From a virus, in IMG/VR virus record IMGVR_UViG_3300036766_000876, positions 1-64,000 of that record: a DNA stretch of 64,000 nucleotides; one strand, 5' to 3'. Under the pieces are notes generated by a model. It searched no databases. It had not been told where the DNA came from and saw only the letters and a list, made by a program, of their open reading frames with translations. Position 1 is the first letter of the stretch; the number at the start of each line of letters is the position of its first letter. Both the position numbers and the translations under genes were made by a program. Below, piece by piece: positions 55,108 to 63,931 of this stretch.

Positions 55108-55505
55108 GACTGGCTCCCTTTCAACGAGTTGGTGAGGCGGCGAATCTCCGCCTTGGTCACAGCAATCGACTCGAACACTGCCGTCAGCTCCTCATCGCGC
55201 TCCGCCCGCTCTGCGCGGGACGAAACCTTCCTGCCAAGGAGCGCCGCCCTGTCAGCCTCGAACTCGGCCAGCGCGCCCCGCTCGGTGTCCAAGAGGCTGT
55301 TGATGGCCGTGATGCGGAGGACCGCTGCCTGCGCAGCAGCCGCCCGCTGGGCATCGACCTTGGCGCGGTACTCCGGGCTGGCCCGGTAGGCGCGCTCCTC
55401 TGCTGCGAACCGTGCGTCAACGACGAGGAGGTCCAGGAGGGCCTTCGCCAGGCCCTCCGGCATGGCGTTGATGGCCACGTAGGCCTTCTTGTGGCTGGCG
55501 CTCAT
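55104..55505 (-). CDS. Hypothetical coiled-coil protein
   Basis: MSASHKK, coupled. Confidence 0.55.
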   Translation of the reverse strand: MSASHKKAYVAINAMPEGLAKALLDLLVVDARFAAEERAYRASPEYRAKVDAQRAAAAQAAVLRITAINSLLDTERGALAEFEADRAALLGRKVSSRAERAERDEELTAVFESIAVTKAEIRRLTNSLKGSQS

Positions 55506-55771
55506 CGCGCACGCTCCAGCGCATCGACCAAGCGGTAGTCGCCAGCGGCGCCCATACGTGCAGCTTGGTCGTGCTGCGCGTCCAAGGCCGAATCCACCGC
55601 GCACCCTGCGCAGGAGTCGATGTACCCATCGAGCCCTGGAACGCTCCAGGGCCGCGACCCGTAGGCGCCGCACCGGGGGCAGTCACCGTCAATCGGCCCC
55701 AGGCACTTGATCCTGGCCAATTCGTGCAAGGACAGCGTGCTCCACGGGGTTGCCGTGCTGTGTGCATCCAT
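55502..55771 (-). CDS. Hypothetical Zn-ribbon protein
   Basis: AAGGAG SD; CPRC...CAGC. Confidence 0.55.
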   Translation of the reverse strand: MDAHSTATPWSTLSLHELARIKCLGPIDGDCPRCGAYGSRPWSVPGLDGYIDSCAGCAVDSALDAQHDQAARMGAAGDYRLVDALERAR

Positions 55772-55927
55772 TTTGTTGCTCCTTGTTCGTTGGGTGCTCT
55801 TTTGCACCGCTGAGCAGCGGAGGCTGACTGCGCCTCCGCCGGCACGCGCTGCTGTTCGAGCTACTCGACTCGGCCACACGTCGCCGCGATGAGGGCGACG
55901 CACACCAGCACCGCCAGGGCGACCATT

Positions 55928-56191
55928 TCAGTCCTCTCCGCAGCAGGCCTTCGCGTCACGCAGCGTGTCGAAGTCCTGGAGGGTGGGCCGCCCGGCGACG
56001 GGGTGCCGTGCCGTGTCCCAGAGCACCCACTCCCGCTTCCAACAGCCGTTGCGGCTGCTGGCCATCATCCGGCTGTGGATGACGTAGCGCCCATCCGCGC
56101 TGGTGTACTCGACCTCGTTCCAGCCGCCTCGTGTTGCTGTCCGCTTCCAGGGTCCAAGGCTCATGGCGCCTCCTTCGTTGGTCGGCTTCAT
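55928..56191 (-). CDS. Hypothetical early protein
   Basis: Trp-rich; ends FDTLRDAK. Confidence 0.55.
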   Translation of the reverse strand: MKPTNEGGAMSLGPWKRTATRGGWNEVEYTSADGRYVIHSRMMASSRNGCWKREWVLWDTARHPVAGRPTLQDFDTLRDAKACCGED

Positions 56192-56193
56192 GT

Positions 56194-56412
56194 TCAGCCC
56201 TCCGCCAGGCTGCCATCGGGCTGGACGATTCCGTAGACGCGGCCAACAGCGACCTCACCGCGGTAGAAAATTGCGGCGACACCACCGTTGACCGTCACGT
56301 TCACCTGGACCCTGTCGTACTCCGGAGCCACCGGGGACCCGATGGTCGCCAGCCACAGCGCGGCCGCCTTCGCCGCCAGCCTCTGAGTCTCAAACAGCTT
56401 GTCGTTGCTCAT
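56194..56412 (-). CDS. First early gene, hypothetical
   Basis: AAAGGA SD. Confidence 0.55.
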   Translation of the reverse strand: MSNDKLFETQRLAAKAAALWLATIGSPVAPEYDRVQVNVTVNGGVAAIFYRGEVAVGRVYGIVQPDGSLAEG

Positions 56413-56855
56413 GTGCTTCCTTTCGTTGGGTGCTGGATCGCACCACTCAGCCCGCGACCTCGTCGCGCTGCTGGGTGGAACGGGCGAGCTCTCGCTCGCC
56501 GCTCCGCTCTCTCGCCGGTCTTCCCTCCGTGCCCATGCACGCCCGCTGCAACCAACCCGCCCTCTGGGAGCCCTCCCGATCGTCGCCTCTTCGGCGCCTC
56601 GCGGTTGTTGGGACTCTTCCCAGTTTTACCCGGCTTCTATGCGGAGACTTCGGTGCCGAGCTGGACGCGGGTAAAGCCCCCGTCCGGCTTGTCCGCCTCC
56701 CCGGATGCCTAGTGGGCCGGGAGATGCGGGCGCTCAGTGTTGTCGGCTCCGGGTCGCTTTGGGGGGAGGTCGCGTCCGGGGGGAGGTGGCCGTTTCCGGC
56801 CTGCCTCTACCGCCCTTCCGCTTCCCGCCGCCCGCCGCCGCCCGCCACCAACAAC
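56413..56855 (-). ncRNA. Candidate structured 5' leader or ncRNA (about 440 nt)
   Basis: No credible ORF; multiple hairpins including GAAA and GAGA tetraloops. Confidence 0.4.
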
Positions 56856-56861
56856 AAAGGA

Positions 56862-56910
56862 AGTATCCCTCCCAAAAAGAAAAAAAGCAAACAAACTCAA
56901 AAAATAAAAT
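56862..56910 (-). promoter_or_regulatory. Host sigma70-type early promoter with UP element
   Basis: TTGCTT (56890-85), 17 nt, GATACT (56867-62), with an upstream A/T tract; the most AT-rich stretch in the window. Confidence 0.7.
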
Positions 56911-56974
56911 AGGGCCAAGAACGCAGGGTCTTAGGAGCCCATGTGGAGCCGTCGAGCTCACTGTCGTGTTGGGC

Positions 56975-57001
56975 GGGAAAAAGCCCACTGGCCGGGGCAA
57001 G
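56975..57001 (+). promoter_or_regulatory. GGGAAAA-N13-GGGCAAG phage promoter motif (+ strand)
   Basis: Exact match, 8 nt before ATG 57010; orientation follows the gene. Confidence 0.75.
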
Positions 57002-57009
57002 GTACTGTC

Positions 57010-57471
57010 ATGCCTCTAAAACGCTCTCCGCAGCAGATAGGACGACTCTCCCGTCGTAAGGGTAAGGCCCATGAGCAAGCTGTCGCCCGGGCCCTCCGCG
57101 CTGTCTTCGGCGCAGGGGTGAAGCGCGGCTGGCAGGCGCGCGAGGGGGATGACGCTCCTGACATCGACGGCACCCCCTACTGGGTGGAGGCGAAGTGCGG
57201 CCGCCGGGTGAACTACCAGGCCGCCATGCAGCAGGTGGTGGACGCCAAGGAGAGCGCCCTCCGGAAGAAGGATCCGCGCGCCACACTCCCGCCGCTCGTC
57301 GTCGGGCGGGACGACAACGGGGAGGCCTTCGCGCTGCTCCGCTTCGAGGACTTCGTCAAGCTCCTGCGGACAAATGGCGAAGTGCCCGCAGCCGGCACAC
57401 CCGGAGTAGCTACTACCCCTGTGGCGCGGCCGGTCGAGGAGCTCACCCTGGCGCAGCCGCCAGGCCGGTGA
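57010..57471 (+). CDS. Holliday-junction resolvase-like PD-(D/E)XK nuclease
   Basis: SRRKGKAHE, PDI, WVEAK. Confidence 0.8.
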   Translation: MPLKRSPQQIGRLSRRKGKAHEQAVARALRAVFGAGVKRGWQAREGDDAPDIDGTPYWVEAKCGRRVNYQAAMQQVVDAKESALRKKDPRATLPPLVVGRDDNGEAFALLRFEDFVKLLRTNGEVPAAGTPGVATTPVARPVEELTLAQPPGR

Positions 57472-57806
57472 GCCCGCCCGTCGTCTCCCCTTCAGACGAC
57501 CCGCGCTGGGCGCTCTCCACGTCGCCCATCAGGAGCGACCGTTGGGAGCGCCGCCTGGCGGTGGGGGACCTCTCCTGCCACCTCCGCTGCGAGCGCGTCT
57601 TCAAGATGAAGGGGCGCTGGGGAGCGCGTGTCGGAAGGGGCAAGGACGTCTGGATGTGGGAGCTCATCCGCACCGCCTGGAGCATCTCCGCCGGCAGTGC
57701 GGTGTCCCTCGTCCAAGCGATGGAAGACGCCAACAGGGCCTTCGACGCAGCGGAGGCAGCCTTCCGGTTCAGTGGGCGGACGCCGGACTACCTCGACCAG
57801 GACTAG
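57468..57806 (+). CDS. Hypothetical protein (tag-like AEAAFRFSG)
   Basis: GTGA coupling to the resolvase. Confidence 0.5.
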   Translation: MSPPVVSPSDDPRWALSTSPIRSDRWERRLAVGDLSCHLRCERVFKMKGRWGARVGRGKDVWMWELIRTAWSISAGSAVSLVQAMEDANRAFDAAEAAFRFSGRTPDYLDQD

Positions 57807-58138
57807 CTCCCGGCGTCGAGGCTCCCAGCGTCCCGGGGGCCGCAGCGAATCCAGGCCTCGTCCTGCCAGCGCCGGGAGGCCTCCAGGGAGCCCGCGAGGC
57901 GCGCCCCAGGGCCAGGCAGCAGGCAGCCGGCGAAAACAGCAGGGCAGCCCGTCTCCGGCCCCTCAACGGGCACGGGGAGGATGGCCGGCGGGGGCTCCTT
58001 CAGGCACTCCCGGGCGACCTCGACCCGGACCGGCTCAGGGCACGGTCGGGCCGCCGAGCAGCCGGCGGAGGCGATCGCGCACAGCAGCAGGGTCCGCACA
58101 GGCAGCGACGTCCTTCTCCAGAATCTCAATCTCGGCAT
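57803..58138 (-). CDS. Lipoprotein, putative o-spanin (Rz1-like)
   Basis: Lipobox-like ASAG-C, Pro-rich, overlaps the upstream coiled-coil gene. Confidence 0.6.
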   Translation of the reverse strand: MPRLRFWRRTSLPVRTLLLCAIASAGCSAARPCPEPVRVEVARECLKEPPPAILPVPVEGPETGCPAVFAGCLLPGPGARLAGSLEASRRWQDEAWIRCGPRDAGSLDAGS

Positions 58139-58355
58139 GAAGCCTCCTCACGACGTCTTCCAGGCGAGCGCTGTCGTCCTTCCGGGCCGCCTCGGAGAGC
58201 TGAAGCCCTGTGGCATTGGCGTCCGCGTCGCGCCTGGCCTGGACCGTCTCGCCCTTGGATGTGGCGAGCTCCGCCTGGATGCCGCGGAGGCGCACCCACA
58301 TGACGAGGGTCGCCACTGCGCCGGCCAAGCCGGTCGCGAGAAGGGCCCAGCTCAA
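58035..58355 (-). CDS. Putative i-spanin (Rz-like)
   Basis: N-terminal TM helix plus coiled coil; in the lysis cassette. Confidence 0.6.
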   Translation of the reverse strand: MSWALLATGLAGAVATLVMWVRLRGIQAELATSKGETVQARRDADANATGLQLSEAARKDDSARLEDVVRRLHAEIEILEKDVAACADPAAVRDRLRRLLGGPTVP

Positions 58356-58951
58356 GGCGCCGCGGGGGCCGGAGCGCTTGGGGCCGCGGGCGGGGACTTC
58401 CGCGCCTGGAACCACTCCAGGATGTCCTTGCCCATCTCCCACAGGGCCGCGCCCGTCACCGCCACGGTCAGGATGGGCTTCACCAGCGTCCAGTTGACCG
58501 GCTCCCCGGCCATCAGGGCAGTACCGCAGCCGCCGGCCACGGCCGTCGCGATGTTGAGGAGCCAGCCGCCCGGCTTGGTGTCGAAGACGAACCAGAAGGG
58601 CTTGTCCCACAGGGAAGCGTCCGGGATGAGCTCGTGCAGCTTCTTCCCGTAGGTGCGGAGCAGGCTCACCACCAGGACGAGCAGGGCAGAGGCCGCCGCC
58701 CACCAGTTGCCGCTCTTGACGCTGGTGAAGACGAGCTTGACGAAGCTGACCGGGTTCTCCAGGGAGGGGGCTGCTGCGGCCGCGCCAGGGACGGCCAGCG
58801 GGTCCGCCGGCAGGACGACGACGGTGCCTGGCTCCGCCAGGGACAGGTCCCCAGGGCTGGCCGTCGGGGCGGGGGCCGGCATCGGCTGGGCGAACGCGAA
58901 GGGCGAGAGGCCCGCCACGAGGACTGCTGCGAGGATGAGGGCGGTCTTCAT
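58352..58951 (-). CDS. Membrane protein, holin candidate
   Basis: Signal-like N-terminus, 3 TM segments, between amidase and spanins. Confidence 0.5.
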   Translation of the reverse strand: MKTALILAAVLVAGLSPFAFAQPMPAPAPTASPGDLSLAEPGTVVVLPADPLAVPGAAAAAPSLENPVSFVKLVFTSVKSGNWWAAASALLVLVVSLLRTYGKKLHELIPDASLWDKPFWFVFDTKPGGWLLNIATAVAGGCGTALMAGEPVNWTLVKPILTVAVTGAALWEMGKDILEWFQARKSPPAAPSAPAPAAP

Positions 58952-58962
58952 GGGGCCGGAAG

Positions 58963-59718
58963 CTAGGGGCCCCCGAAGGCACCGTCAAGGATGGCAGGGA
59001 GGAGCTGGTCCAGCCAGCGCGAGCCTGGGTCCTCCTTGCGGCCCTGGTCGAACATGACGTGCCCGTACCTGCACACGTCGCGAATCAGGCCGTACTTGAG
59101 GTGGAGGGCCTGGACGAGGCGCCCCGCGGCCTGCTGCTGGTCAGCCGGGAAGTCGTCGAAGAAGGCATCCCCCACCTTGATGGCCCTGGAGGCGTCGAGC
59201 TCCAGGCGAGGGTCCGGCAGGCGCAGGGCCACGACAGCGGTGGGGTTGCTGTAGAACGGCCAGCAGTAGAACTTCCCTGCCACCTGGACGAGGCGCCCCG
59301 CGTTCTCCAGCTCCACGCCCACCGTCACCTTGTTGACGTTCGCCACCAGGCGGCCGCCTGCCCACGCGGTGGCGTCCCACTTCCCGTCCGGGCCGACTGT
59401 CGGGGGAGCCCCGATGCGGCCAGGTCGTCCGACGTGCCAGGAGCCCTTGGTGAAGGGGATGGACTGGAAGACGCGCCCGTCGCGGGCGATGAGGACGTGC
59501 CAGCTCGCTGCCCGGTCCTTCGCCTTGTCGTACTCCCGAATCTCATTCACCGTCGCCACGGCGAACTCCGGGGAGCGACAGCGACCACCCGTCCAGTGCC
59601 AGACGATGCCCGCCGGCCCCTGCCCGTCGAGCTGGGTGACGCGGGTGGAGGGGACCTTGATGACGGGCGGGAGGCCCTCCGCCGCTGCCTGTAGCCAGCC
59701 TGCGGAATCGACCATCAC
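58963..59718 (-). CDS. Endolysin, N-acetylmuramoyl-L-alanine amidase (Amidase_2)
   Basis: IVWHWT, SWHVLIARDG, WHVG, VGVELEN, GH...KEDPG. Confidence 0.9.
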   Translation of the reverse strand: MMVDSAGWLQAAAEGLPPVIKVPSTRVTQLDGQGPAGIVWHWTGGRCRSPEFAVATVNEIREYDKAKDRAASWHVLIARDGRVFQSIPFTKGSWHVGRPGRIGAPPTVGPDGKWDATAWAGGRLVANVNKVTVGVELENAGRLVQVAGKFYCWPFYSNPTAVVALRLPDPRLELDASRAIKVGDAFFDDFPADQQQAAGRLVQALHLKYGLIRDVCRYGHVMFDQGRKEDPGSRWLDQLLPAILDGAFGGP

Positions 59719-60098
59719 GGGAGGGTGGCCGCCGCCTCAAGCCGGAACGGGGAGAGGGGCACCACCGCGTTCCGCACCCCGCCCACTTCGTGCCAGACGT
59801 CGTAGACGTACTGGCCGGCCGCGAAGCGCTTGGTGTCCGCCGGAAGGACCGCAAAGGAAGCCGCCCCAGCGGCCAGCGTGGCCGTCTTGACGAACACCTT
59901 TTGGGCGTCCTCCGGCTTCTTCTTCAGCGTCCAGGTGAGGGTGCCGGCCGGGGCATTCTGCCCGCTGGGGAGCACCACCCTGAGCCGGAGCGTGACGTTG
60001 CTCCCAATGGGGAAGGAGAGCGCCAGGCGCGGGTTCTCCGGCACCCCGCTGGAGCGGGGACCACCGTCCTCCAGTACTCCAACGAGGTCGATGACCAT
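59715..60098 (-). CDS. Ig-like (BppU-like) virion accessory protein
   Basis: All-beta pattern; ADT....GQYVYDV. Confidence 0.5.
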   Translation of the reverse strand: MVIDLVGVLEDGGPRSSGVPENPRLALSFPIGSNVTLRLRVVLPSGQNAPAGTLTWTLKKKPEDAQKVFVKTATLAAGAASFAVLPADTKRFAAGQYVYDVWHEVGGVRNAVVPLSPFRLEAAATLP

Positions 60099-60102
60099 GG
60101 GG

Positions 60103-61560
60103 CTACTCGAAGAAGATGGAGCCGTAGGTGTTGGTGACGAGCTTGGGGCTGGCCGCCCGCATGGTGGCGTAGTCGGAGGCAGTGCCGTCGAGGCTGACTT
60201 CGGTTGTGCCTGTGAACGTGGTGCTCGTATCAACCCGCGCCTTAGCTCCAAACGAGAGCTTGAGGGCAGTCGTGTTGCCTGTCCCAATTACGGCTCGCAG
60301 CCAGAGCGCGCTCGTCCCTTCCAACTGGATACCAATCGCGTTGGCCGACACGTTGACGCCTGAGAACTGCGCGGAGGCGTATGGGAATCCCGGGCTGTTG
60401 ATTGTCGATGTCCAGCCAACGGTGGTGCAGTTTCTAATGGTGTTCTGGAGGAACTGTAGATTGAAGCTGGAGCCGACAAGCCAGCCCGATGCTGCCCCAT
60501 CGACGATGACACCCTGCGCACTTCCAGCCTGAATCGCCGTGGCGTTGACACCCTGGTTTCCGCCCTTGAGGAGTGTCGAGGACACTGACATCCCTGCGCT
60601 GGCGTCGTTGAGAAGAACGTGGGTCCCGACACCGGTAGGCATGACGCTGGACAGGTTGCGGATGGAGATCAGACCATTGCGCTCTCGCGAGGTAGTGGTG
60701 ATTCCATTGGAGCTACCAGCCGCCCCGATGACCTGAACACCCGTCACTTGGAGCCTGGCTAAGCCGCTTGCGAGCCCGATGGGCATTGCAGTGCTCGTCT
60801 CCAGACCGACCTTGAATACAGTGTAGAAGTTGCCCCTGTTGTTGATGAAGGCCAAGCCAGTCCCTGTTGGATAAGAGGTTGCGACGGATGAGAACGACGT
60901 GCCGGGGACCGGGCTGAACGCCTGGTTCACCCGCGTAACGGACTGCTGGATTTCGTAGCCCATGCCAGCGTCGAGGTTTGTCGCCGTTGCCCCCGCCGCC
61001 AAAGTTACCGTCGTCGCGGTGTTGTCGATGATCGGCCACATCGGGACCGTCACCTCGTTGTAGTTAGCCGGGACCTTTGAGACGACAGCAAAAAACTGAC
61101 CAATCAGCCCTCCGTCTGCCCAGTTCTGCGTTGTGTCAGTGATGACTGGCATGGCGGAAGAAGCCTGGGGGAGCACTGATGAAATGAGCCCACTGCCCGT
61201 CCCAGCATCCGGCGGAAACATACCCATCTTGCCCCGTAGTTCGAGGTTCGGAATGCTGGCGTCTGGGTTGACGCTGACAGCCGAGTTGAAGCCGTTGATG
61301 TAGGCCCCGACAAATCTGGTGATGCCGCCGTCCTCCAGACCAAGGAGCTGGACGGTCTGGTGGTGGTAGAGATTCTTCGGCACCTTGTCGTAGGCGCCCT
61401 GAATCGTCTTGCACGGCCGGTTCGGCTGGAGGCAGTCGAAGCCGTCGCTGCCGCCGGGGCCAACCCAGTAGGTCTGGTCCTTGGTGGTGACAGAGTCGGG
61501 CGGCATCCCGACGAAGGGCTGTGACTGGCCGAGGGCCAGCGCGACGAGGAGGGCGATCAT
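60103..61560 (-). CDS. Beta-helix protein with signal-peptide-like N-terminus
   Basis: MIALLVALALG; YWVGPGGSD...PCKTIQGA; Asn/Thr/Gly-rich beta repeats. Confidence 0.6.
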   Translation of the reverse strand: MIALLVALALGQSQPFVGMPPDSVTTKDQTYWVGPGGSDGFDCLQPNRPCKTIQGAYDKVPKNLYHHQTVQLLGLEDGGITRFVGAYINGFNSAVSVNPDASIPNLELRGKMGMFPPDAGTGSGLISSVLPQASSAMPVITDTTQNWADGGLIGQFFAVVSKVPANYNEVTVPMWPIIDNTATTVTLAAGATATNLDAGMGYEIQQSVTRVNQAFSPVPGTSFSSVATSYPTGTGLAFINNRGNFYTVFKVGLETSTAMPIGLASGLARLQVTGVQVIGAAGSSNGITTTSRERNGLISIRNLSSVMPTGVGTHVLLNDASAGMSVSSTLLKGGNQGVNATAIQAGSAQGVIVDGAASGWLVGSSFNLQFLQNTIRNCTTVGWTSTINSPGFPYASAQFSGVNVSANAIGIQLEGTSALWLRAVIGTGNTTALKLSFGAKARVDTSTTFTGTTEVSLDGTASDYATMRAASPKLVTNTYGSIFFE

Positions 61561-61576
61561 GGGTGCTCCGAGGGTA

Positions 61577-63931
61577 CTACGGGTTGGCGGGGTGGATGAC
61601 TTCAGCGAAGCACTGCTTGATGGTGGCCGTCTTCGCCGCGCCAGTGGTGAGCGTGACGTTGATGAACTGCTGGGCGGTGGTGCTGTTGAAGGTGGCCGCC
61701 GTGCCTGCGAGGACGTTGGTGGCGAGGTTGATGAAGCCCGCCGCAGCGGCGCTGTTGATGATGGTGCATTCACCAACGTTGGTGGCCGCCGCTCCGAGGG
61801 TGCGAATCGTCACCTCGATGGTGGCCCGCCACTCAGAGGCTGCGGCGGTGCCGATGGTCGAGGTGAACGTCTGGATGTTGGCGTCCGCCGTCGTACCAGC
61901 AGTGCCGACCTTGACGTTGAAGACGTTGGCCGCGACGCCGACAGCCGCCGCCGAGCCGCAGATGGTCCACTTCAGGGCCGTGCCAATCTGGAATCCCTGG
62001 GGAGGGACCGCGATGAGCGAGCCAGTGATGAGGGTCGCCGTGGCCGCCGCGATTGCCTGGTCCGCGATCGCAGCCGCCGATGTGACTGACGCGTCCATGC
62101 CTCCGTTGGTGGTCCAGTCGAAGTAGGCCCCTCCCTCGACGACAGGGACCGGAGCACCGTTCCCGAGCTGATACCTCAGCCAGTAGTGGGGCTGGCTCAT
62201 CGCCAGGAGCCTGGCTCCCGCATTGTTGACGCCCATGACGCTGACGCCACCAGCGCCCGCGTCGCCGTCGTTGAAGACGTTGTTGCGCGAGGCCAGCGTT
62301 GCCGAAACGATGCTGCCGTTCAGCCGCACGCCTGGCTTGCGGATGCGATTGATGGCCCCGTCGTTGGTGGCAATCCCACCGTTGATCATCATCTGGTTCG
62401 CGATGACGGAGTCGCTGTTGGCGTACTCGATTGCAGCAGGGCCCCAAGTTGTACCGTGCGAGAGCTGGAGCATCGTCATCGAGCCGCAGCAGGTGTTTGC
62501 CGCCGTGCCGCCGCCCAGCTCGATGCACTCCCCGTTGCCAGGCACAGCCTGGACGACGTTGCCGCCGTTGACTGTCGTTGGAGTCAAGACAACGTCTTCC
62601 AGCGCCACCACGCAGCCGGTCAGCGTCACAGAGCCGCCACCGCCCGTGTACCGGACGAGGGTGGGTGCTCCCACTGTCGTGGCCGTCCAGAGGTAGCCGC
62701 TGGTGGGAAGCGTGTTGGCTGCGACAGTCAGATTCTGCGGCGTCGTCGTCAGGACGACTGCGCTCGTCATCAGAATCGGCGTCGTCATAGCGACTGCCGG
62801 GTTGTCGAGCTGGCGCGAGCAGAACTGATTGATGCTGAAGCGGGTGGTGTCCTTCGCCTCTGTCGGCGTGGTGCCGATGTCTGTCCAGATTCCGCAAGCG
62901 AGTGCGTCGATGATGAACAGGTTGTGCAGGTTGAAACCGTGGCACGAGTAGAGCTTGAGCCCGTACAAGGCCTCGTTCTGGTCGCCGTTGCGGCAGTCGA
63001 TGGTGAGGTTCCGCACCGAGACGCCCTTGAGGGACTGGACGCCAGTCGGGTTGAACTCGAAGAAGCCGCCGAACCCTGTGGCTCCGTCCGAGTCAGTGCC
63101 CCACCAAGCGAGACGGGTGCCACCAGCCTTGGTGTAGTCGCCCGAGTCTGTCGTCCAACTGTTGGAGATTCCCTCGATGACGGCAGCCTTGTTGAAGACG
63201 ACGCGGCTGGTGAATCCGTAGGCGTTGGTCGCGCTCTGCCCGAAGAAGATGTGCGTGCCTGGGTACACCGCGTTGTTGACGGTGCTCACCATCAGCGTCG
63301 TCGCAGCCGCGTTGTCGGTGCCGAACGAGGTGCCCTTGTTGGAAACCGTGGTTCCTGCGTTGGCGTTGAGCGTGACGATGCTCGTCGATGTGAAGCTCAG
63401 GATGGTGGTGGTGAGCTGCACCCCGGCAGCTCCAGCCCCCGCCACGGTGATGCGCTTGCCAACGTCGCCAGCCACGAACGGTGCGCTGGTGGCGCAGGTG
63501 AGCGTGGCGAGCCCAGAAGTCATGGCCCCGTCGAACACCGTCGCCAAGTCTCCGACGAAGCCGAAGTCCGCGACGGCATCGTAGAACTGCCCCATCCGCT
63601 TCTTGTCCGTCGTGGACATCAGCCCCTTGAGGCTGGTGGTGGCCTCATCGAGCATCGCCGTCGTCTGTGTCGGCGTCAGGTTTTCTACAGAGCCCGTGCC
63701 TGCCGTTGTACGCCCGTGGATGACCGGGGCAGTGACGTTGACCAGCATCGCGTTGGTGACCGAGTTGGCTGGGGGCGTGCCGTTGAGCAGCGTCACCACC
63801 GCCGAGCTGTCCTTCGTCGCCGGGTAGCCGCTGACGGAATCGACGAAGAGGACGTGCTCCCCAGCGGCAGGCGTCGCCACAGTCGCGATGACCTTGTCGG
63901 GGAAGGTGATGGTCTGGTTCAGGTCGGCCAT
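61577..63931 (-). CDS. Tail fibre/tailspike protein
   Basis: Fibre-type ATTSLKGLMSTTDK repeat followed by a pectin-lyase-like beta-helix; T/G/A-rich. Confidence 0.7.
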   Translation of the reverse strand: MADLNQTITFPDKVIATVATPAAGEHVLFVDSVSGYPATKDSSAVVTLLNGTPPANSVTNAMLVNVTAPVIHGRTTAGTGSVENLTPTQTTAMLDEATTSLKGLMSTTDKKRMGQFYDAVADFGFVGDLATVFDGAMTSGLATLTCATSAPFVAGDVGKRITVAGAGAAGVQLTTTILSFTSTSIVTLNANAGTTVSNKGTSFGTDNAAATTLMVSTVNNAVYPGTHIFFGQSATNAYGFTSRVVFNKAAVIEGISNSWTTDSGDYTKAGGTRLAWWGTDSDGATGFGGFFEFNPTGVQSLKGVSVRNLTIDCRNGDQNEALYGLKLYSCHGFNLHNLFIIDALACGIWTDIGTTPTEAKDTTRFSINQFCSRQLDNPAVAMTTPILMTSAVVLTTTPQNLTVAANTLPTSGYLWTATTVGAPTLVRYTGGGGSVTLTGCVVALEDVVLTPTTVNGGNVVQAVPGNGECIELGGGTAANTCCGSMTMLQLSHGTTWGPAAIEYANSDSVIANQMMINGGIATNDGAINRIRKPGVRLNGSIVSATLASRNNVFNDGDAGAGGVSVMGVNNAGARLLAMSQPHYWLRYQLGNGAPVPVVEGGAYFDWTTNGGMDASVTSAAAIADQAIAAATATLITGSLIAVPPQGFQIGTALKWTICGSAAAVGVAANVFNVKVGTAGTTADANIQTFTSTIGTAAASEWRATIEVTIRTLGAAATNVGECTIINSAAAAGFINLATNVLAGTAATFNSTTAQQFINVTLTTGAAKTATIKQCFAEVIHPANP

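Noticed and set aside
58035-58100. RLLGG at the end of the putative i-spanin as a tag instance
   Set aside because: Periplasmic protein in an overlapping-gene region; likely coincidental.
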